Source: Candidatus Poribacteria bacterium
GTDB lineage: Bacteria; Poribacteria; WGA-4E; WGA-3G
NCBI GenBank assembly: GCA_965198235.1
Contig: OZ240248.1
Span: 1,664,001 to 1,728,000, forward strand
Direction of reading: 5' to 3'
Length of the DNA: 64,000 bases
Part shown: one piece after another, positions 59,516 through 64,000 of the stretch
Numbering within the stretch: position 1 is the first letter of the stretch
Layout: each line of letters begins with the position of its first letter
Position numbers and translations under genes: made by a program
The notes under the pieces: generated by a model
The model's database searches: none
What the model was told of the DNA's origin: nothing
The model's input: only the letters and a program-made list of their open reading frames with translations

Positions 59516-60394
59516 TTAGACAGGCATTGTTCTACCGGCGTGCGCCCGTCCGATGCGTGCAGCTTCTTCGCCGCCACCGGTGATCCGTACACCAGCGTCG
59601 ATGCTTGCCTCAATTGTATCAGGTGAAGTGCTTTCCAAGAACGCAATACCGGCAGCTTTGCAGGCTGCAGAGACGCGATTCCGGGCATCTTCCAATTCTT
59701 GTGGACGTGGGTTCGGTGGATTTTTGTAGCCAAATGACATGCTCATGTCACCGGGACCCCATTCCGCAAAGGCTATTCCGGAGACCTGCGCCGTGATCTC
59801 GACGTTCGCTAAAGCTCGCTTGTTTTCAAATTTGAGGCCCAATAGGAGTTCACCATTCGGGTTCAAGGGCCATGGATCAGCGACATCCAAGTATTTGTCA
59901 ACGGAAATGCCCCAGATAGGTGCAGCGGAACCTTGCCCCGCGGAGCCGCGCCTTCCAACATCCAATTGTGTGCCGACTCCGATGGTCTGGAATGGGTAAC
60001 GGCACGCTTCAACAAACGCCTTGACTGCTTCTGGGGATTCAGCGTGACAGAGCAACAAACCGTGCACACCGCGTGCGAGGAGTTGCCGCATTTGCCAACC
60101 GTTGGCGCGAATTACATCTGCACTGATGCCATCTACTGGCAATTCAACAATAACAGCCGGGGTTTGGTGTCCGCTGTTGGTGGGACCGCCGTCAGCGAGC
60201 CCGCGCATGAAACTATCCAATCCAGCGAGATCGAAACTCCCGTGCTCCATGCCGACATTGATATAGTCTGCCCATGTTTTTGCCATTGCGCGACCTGCGT
60301 CATAATTCAGATCCGCGCCTGTGTGACTGCCGGTATAGAAGACAGGCAGGTCGTCTACTAATAATTCAATCGCTTTGTTAACGCGTTTCGGCAT
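59516..60394 (-). CDS. HpcH/HpaI aldolase/citrate lyase family protein
   Basis: MEHG, L.RG..G, E, GPGDM motifs. Confidence 0.8.
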   Translation of the reverse strand: MPKRVNKAIELLVDDLPVFYTGSHTGADLNYDAGRAMAKTWADYINVGMEHGSFDLAGLDSFMRGLADGGPTNSGHQTPAVIVELPVDGISADVIRANGWQMRQLLARGVHGLLLCHAESPEAVKAFVEACRYPFQTIGVGTQLDVGRRGSAGQGSAAPIWGISVDKYLDVADPWPLNPNGELLLGLKFENKRALANVEITAQVSGIAFAEWGPGDMSMSFGYKNPPNPRPQELEDARNRVSAACKAAGIAFLESTSPDTIEASIDAGVRITGGGEEAARIGRAHAGRTMPV

Positions 60395-60481
60395 TAGGGA
60401 TTCTCCTTAATTAAGGTAACGTGAAAAATGAAAAATAGTTTCGATCACTTCCTACTTATTTTGGTGCAATAACTTTAAGAG

Positions 60482-60510
60482 ATTGTATCAAAAACGCGAC
60501 AATCTGTCAA
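60482..60510 (-). promoter_or_regulatory. sigma70-like promoter for the aldolase genes
   Basis: TTGACA-N17-TACAAT; divergent TTGACA-N17-TAATCT on + strand near 60563. Confidence 0.65.
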
Positions 60511-60638
60511 CAGAATTTTTTGAAAAATTGCGCACGATGGCAGCCAAAAATTCTGAAAATCCTTGACAAATCTACGAGTTTCGGGTAATCTGAACGGCGA
60601 ATCCTATATTAAATTTTTTCTAAGGAGTTGCCAATATT

Positions 60639-61589
60639 GTGAGAGCACTTGTCGTTAAATCATTGCCAGATAAAAAGCGCGAAAAAATTGTTGTCACCGA
60701 TTGGGAAGAGCCAGCACCACCTACTGGAAACGAGGTGTTGTGTCAAGCTGTCTTCACAGGGCTTACCAACGGCACAGAACGGAATCAACTGATCGGTGGG
60801 AACTATTCAGCCTCCGATAGCCGACTACCAACCACCGATGGATACCAGAACGTAGGCAGAGTCATTGAAACGGGACCGGACGTAACGCAACTTCAAGTTG
60901 GCGACCTCATCTATGCCAGTGTGAATCATGTCGAACGGTTTACCATTCCAGAAGATGGACTCCTGCTAAAATTGCCGGAGGACATTGACCCAGGCGAAGC
61001 CGCCCTCTTCGGCATCTCCGGGGTCGCAATGCATTGCTGTCGACGCGTCGATCCACGCATCGGGGAAAAAGTGCTTATTGTTGGACAGGGTTGCATCGGT
61101 ATGTTTGCGGCGCAGATCGTCAATGCCATGGGAGCCCGCGTTACAGTATGCGACATTGAGGAATCTCGGCTGGAACAGATCCGCCAACTCGGTGTAGCAG
61201 AGGAGGTTTTCAATACAAGTGGTGATGGTTGGGATGCTCAAATTCAAGAGGGTTCCTTTGATGCTGTCATGGATTTCGCTGGTGTTTCAGACATGGTAAC
61301 ACCGATGATCCACGCCTGCAAAGTTCGAGGACGATTGCTTTTAGTTGCCGGACGCTTCGATGTCAATTACACCTTTAACGTCGGGCAACATAAGGAGATT
61401 AGTATCCTTCAGTGTAGCCACTTCACTTGTGACGATCTGGAAAATCTCTGTCGATTGCTCCGCCAGGGTTCTGTCAAAATTGCACCGCTAATCCGACATC
61501 GAGTGAGTGTTGACGAAGCACCACAAATCTATAGATGGCTCCGCGATGAACCGATGCAGTTGTTGGGGACCGTGTTTCAGTGGGAATAA
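60639..61589 (+). CDS. MDR (zinc-binding dehydrogenase-like) oxidoreductase
   Basis: GTE, GY.NVG.V...G..V, VGQGCIG Rossmann motif; AAGGAG RBS. Confidence 0.85.
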   Translation: MRALVVKSLPDKKREKIVVTDWEEPAPPTGNEVLCQAVFTGLTNGTERNQLIGGNYSASDSRLPTTDGYQNVGRVIETGPDVTQLQVGDLIYASVNHVERFTIPEDGLLLKLPEDIDPGEAALFGISGVAMHCCRRVDPRIGEKVLIVGQGCIGMFAAQIVNAMGARVTVCDIEESRLEQIRQLGVAEEVFNTSGDGWDAQIQEGSFDAVMDFAGVSDMVTPMIHACKVRGRLLLVAGRFDVNYTFNVGQHKEISILQCSHFTCDDLENLCRLLRQGSVKIAPLIRHRVSVDEAPQIYRWLRDEPMQLLGTVFQWE

Positions 61590-61641
61590 GCTCGAATTTT
61601 ATTCCCTACACTGACCAGAAACGTGCCATCCTTAAGGGTTT

Positions 61642-61794
61642 GGTGCGGTTGCATGAAGTTTAAGTATTTAATCGGGTAATTTCCGAACGTGCTATAAATA
61701 GCACGACTACAAGCAGCCTCGTTTGTAGTAGGGCAATTCATGGTCTCCCGTCAATTACCGAATTATTTTTTAATCTTCATCAAACCGCACCTAC
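61642..61794. repeat. Nested inverted-repeat element
   Basis: ~40-bp imperfect inverted arms ggtgcggttgcatgaagtttaagtatttaatcgggtaatt / aattaccgaattattttttaatcttcatcaaaccgcacc; inner actacaa...ttgtagt. Confidence 0.65.
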
Positions 61795-61840
61795 CACATT
61801 CAGTTAGTCCTGCCTAAATCCCTTCCAGAAATATTAAATT

Positions 61841-61952
61841 AAAAAAAGTGCAACTTTTTTGCAACTCGTTTGTAGTAATGTTAACCTTGAAACGTGTGAA
61901 ATTACAATAAGGAAAAAAAGTGCAACTTTTTTCAAACTTGTTTGTAGTAACG
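61841..61952 (+). promoter_or_regulatory. Duplicated ~40-bp promoter/operator upstream of ECF sigma gene
   Basis: aaaaaaagtgcaactttttt..aact.gtttgtagtaa at 61841 and 61913. Confidence 0.6.
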
Positions 61953-61980
61953 ACAACCTCACAATGCGCGGAGTTGAAAC

Positions 61981-62526
61981 ATGACAGAAGATAAATTCCT
62001 TGAGCTTGTCCATAAACACGAGGCTCAGATTTATCAGCACACCCTCTATCTACTCGGAAATCGGGAAGATGCAGAGGATATAACACAGGAGACGTTTATC
62101 AAAGCGTGGCAACACCGTACCGAATTGCGTCTGAAGACCGTGCGTTCATGGTTGCTAAAATGTGCGCAGAATCTCTGTTTCAATCTGCTAAAACGGAACA
62201 AATTTCAGGTGCACTTAACAGAAGGAGACGATACAGATCCCGAAACAGAACTCGAAACTTTAATGCACGCACATTCCGGTCGATCAAACCCAACACCAGA
62301 TGAAATTGTGATCGAAGAAGAACTCAAAGCGTCCGTACAGTGTGCCATTAAGAAATTGCCGCCAGAGATGCGGTCGGTGATAGTTATGCGGGAATTGAAC
62401 GGCATGAGTTTCAAGGAGATTGCAGAAGTATTAGAGCAACCCGAAGGGACTGTGAAATCAACCGCATTCCGTGCCCGTAAAAGGTTGCGGGAGTTTCTGC
62501 GTCCTTACTGGAGAAATGACAAATGA
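61981..62526 (+). CDS. ECF RNA polymerase sigma factor
   Basis: DAEDITQETF, SWL...A.N, region 4 SFKEIAEVL..PEGTVKS...RAR. Confidence 0.93.
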   Translation: MTEDKFLELVHKHEAQIYQHTLYLLGNREDAEDITQETFIKAWQHRTELRLKTVRSWLLKCAQNLCFNLLKRNKFQVHLTEGDDTDPETELETLMHAHSGRSNPTPDEIVIEEELKASVQCAIKKLPPEMRSVIVMRELNGMSFKEIAEVLEQPEGTVKSTAFRARKRLREFLRPYWRNDK

Positions 62527-63185
62527 ACAACTTTCCTCTTCACCAGGATTTATCTTGCATGGAAGCTCAGGACAACTTAGAGGCATACCTCGCCGATGAG
62601 TTGGATACAGACCTTCATGCGACAATAGCGGCGCATGTTGCGTCCTGTTCAACGTGTCAAGATGAAGTTCGCTTTTCACAAGCGATTGGTGAAGCATTAC
62701 ACGAACTTCCGAGACCTGAGTCGCCACCAGAAATCTTCAACGCGGTTGAGGCTTATGTTCGCGCGCATCCCAATAAGGGACCGAAATGGCTACATCGGAT
62801 ATTCCAACTGTTCACGTTCTCGGATGATTTAACTGCGTCACTCGCTCGCGCAGGGGCGTTAGCGTGTCTCATCGGAGTCGTCCTGTTTGGTACTTATCAG
62901 TATCACCAGCATAAGAAAGTTACACAAGCCTCACGCGACCTCTATTATGCGCTCGGTAAGTTGAATTACGCAGTAGAGCGAACCGGCACCGTCGTTAACG
63001 AAAAACTTCCTGATGTGCGGATTAATGAGGTTTCAAGTCGTCCCTTTGTTCAGATTGAAACAGCTTCCCGCCACGCATCGAAACAGACGAAAAATATTTC
63101 ATCAGCGATTCACCGGAGTCTGGATAGCCTTAACCGGTTACCGCAGAACGCTCTGGATACAAAAAGCGATCAACGTTCATATTAA
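62523..63185 (+). CDS. Zinc-binding (zf-HC2) transmembrane anti-sigma factor
   Basis: C...HVASCSTC motif, one TM helix, ATGA overlap with sigma gene. Confidence 0.85.
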   Translation: MNNFPLHQDLSCMEAQDNLEAYLADELDTDLHATIAAHVASCSTCQDEVRFSQAIGEALHELPRPESPPEIFNAVEAYVRAHPNKGPKWLHRIFQLFTFSDDLTASLARAGALACLIGVVLFGTYQYHQHKKVTQASRDLYYALGKLNYAVERTGTVVNEKLPDVRINEVSSRPFVQIETASRHASKQTKNISSAIHRSLDSLNRLPQNALDTKSDQRSY

Positions 63186-63198
63186 GGAGAAGAAACCC

Positions 63199-63891
63199 AT
63201 GAGAAGATTCACCCTTACAATCCTTTTAACAGGTATAGCCTTTTTAGCAGTTTGCTGTTTCTTCACCAATGGGCACGCCCAGAACAGCGATGTAGGAGAG
63301 ACAGTTCGGGGGAAAATAGAAATGAATCTGTCGGATGCCCCTGTCCCCAAAGTTGAAATTAACTTGGACGAGAGTCTCTTGAATCTCTTTATCAACTTTG
63401 GCATCGCAAGTAATCCGAAACTTACCGGAGATAAATCAATAGATTTGTCGGAATATGCGGCGTATGCCGAAATGCTAAAAGGTGCCTCTATCCGGGCTTA
63501 CGATAGAGAGATGAAAGACTTCGACCAGATCGTGGACCACTATCGTGGCATTCTTGAAAACGAGAGATGGGAACGTCTCGTCAGAATCAGGGACAAATTC
63601 GATCTCAGCCTGCTCTACTCGGAAAAACCGGGTATAGTGAACGGTATCTTCCTTATGTTCACCGATGATGGAAATTCAGGCTTTGTGAACATCTATGGCG
63701 AGATTGACTTTCAAAAACTCGGTACTCTATTCGGAAGGTTTCTCGAATCTAATTCAGAGGAGAATATCTCCAAAAAGGTTCGCGGTTGGGTAAAGGGTCC
63801 CGCGCCCCAGTGGCTGAAAGTAAAGTTTAGTTCGGAAAAACCCAATGATATCTCCACATCAGCAACTGAAACAAATGACCCTTCAAAGTAA
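63199..63891 (+). CDS. DUF4252-like secreted protein
   Basis: AAGGAG RBS, signal peptide, VEINL, WERLVR, VNIYGEID...LG pattern. Confidence 0.7.
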   Translation: MRRFTLTILLTGIAFLAVCCFFTNGHAQNSDVGETVRGKIEMNLSDAPVPKVEINLDESLLNLFINFGIASNPKLTGDKSIDLSEYAAYAEMLKGASIRAYDREMKDFDQIVDHYRGILENERWERLVRIRDKFDLSLLYSEKPGIVNGIFLMFTDDGNSGFVNIYGEIDFQKLGTLFGRFLESNSEENISKKVRGWVKGPAPQWLKVKFSSEKPNDISTSATETNDPSK

Positions 63892-63901
63892 GGAGTATAA
63901 C

Positions 63902-64000
63902 ATGAAACTGCAAAAGCACTTTATACGACTGTTCACGCTGCTGTTTTTAGTCTTATCGTTAGCACTGACGCATCCAGCAGTCGCGCAGCAGGACAAACAG
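63902..64000 (+). CDS. Secreted protein, 5' part only
   Basis: AAGGAG RBS; MKLQKHFIRLFTLLFLVLSLALTHPAVAQQDKQ signal peptide, runs off the window. Confidence 0.65.
   Translation, partial: MKLQKHFIRLFTLLFLVLSLALTHPAVAQQDKQ

Noticed and set aside
1066-63404. Numerous short antisense or overlapping ORFs in the track
   Set aside because: They are shadows of well-supported genes, with no motifs or RBS.
1-64000. CRISPR array, tRNA, rRNA or transposase gene
   Set aside because: Repeats are dispersed and not regularly spaced; no cas, transposase or structural RNA signature was seen other than rnpB.

Overview
Bacterial chromosomal window. The gene content and a recurrent C-terminal V[ED]xxxKLxxxWxxxK motif on secreted LamG/discoidin proteins point to Candidatus Poribacteria (inference). 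It holds a near-complete, rearranged dcw cluster (rsmH-ftsL-ftsI-murE-[alpha/beta hydrolase]-murF-ddl-mraY-murD-ftsW-murG-murC-ftsQ-ftsA-ftsZ; no mraZ or murB), rnpB, nrdJ, tyrS, an ECF sigma/anti-sigma/DUF4252 locus and many catabolic or secreted-protein genes. Several things are not visible in the ORF track. (1) A modular family of 80-305 bp elements with TTTTTAA...TTAAAAA ends sits at gene junctions, abuts start codons and supplies stop codons. (2) Pieces of these elements and GTAG-type REP hairpins occur in frame inside murE, murF, hyuB, yifB and a cytochrome gene, and apparently in helix P12 of RNase P RNA. (3) There is a probable UxxC ArsC-like selenoprotein read through a UGA. (4) Three genes have collapsed by internal deletion, one of them an ADP-ribosyltransferase-like start. 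(5) A K+ channel has a TAGHED filter. (6) A sigma54-type promoter precedes the dcw cluster. The 22.55-24.05 kb stretch is scrambled and may be assembly noise. No CRISPR array, tRNA, rRNA or transposase was found.
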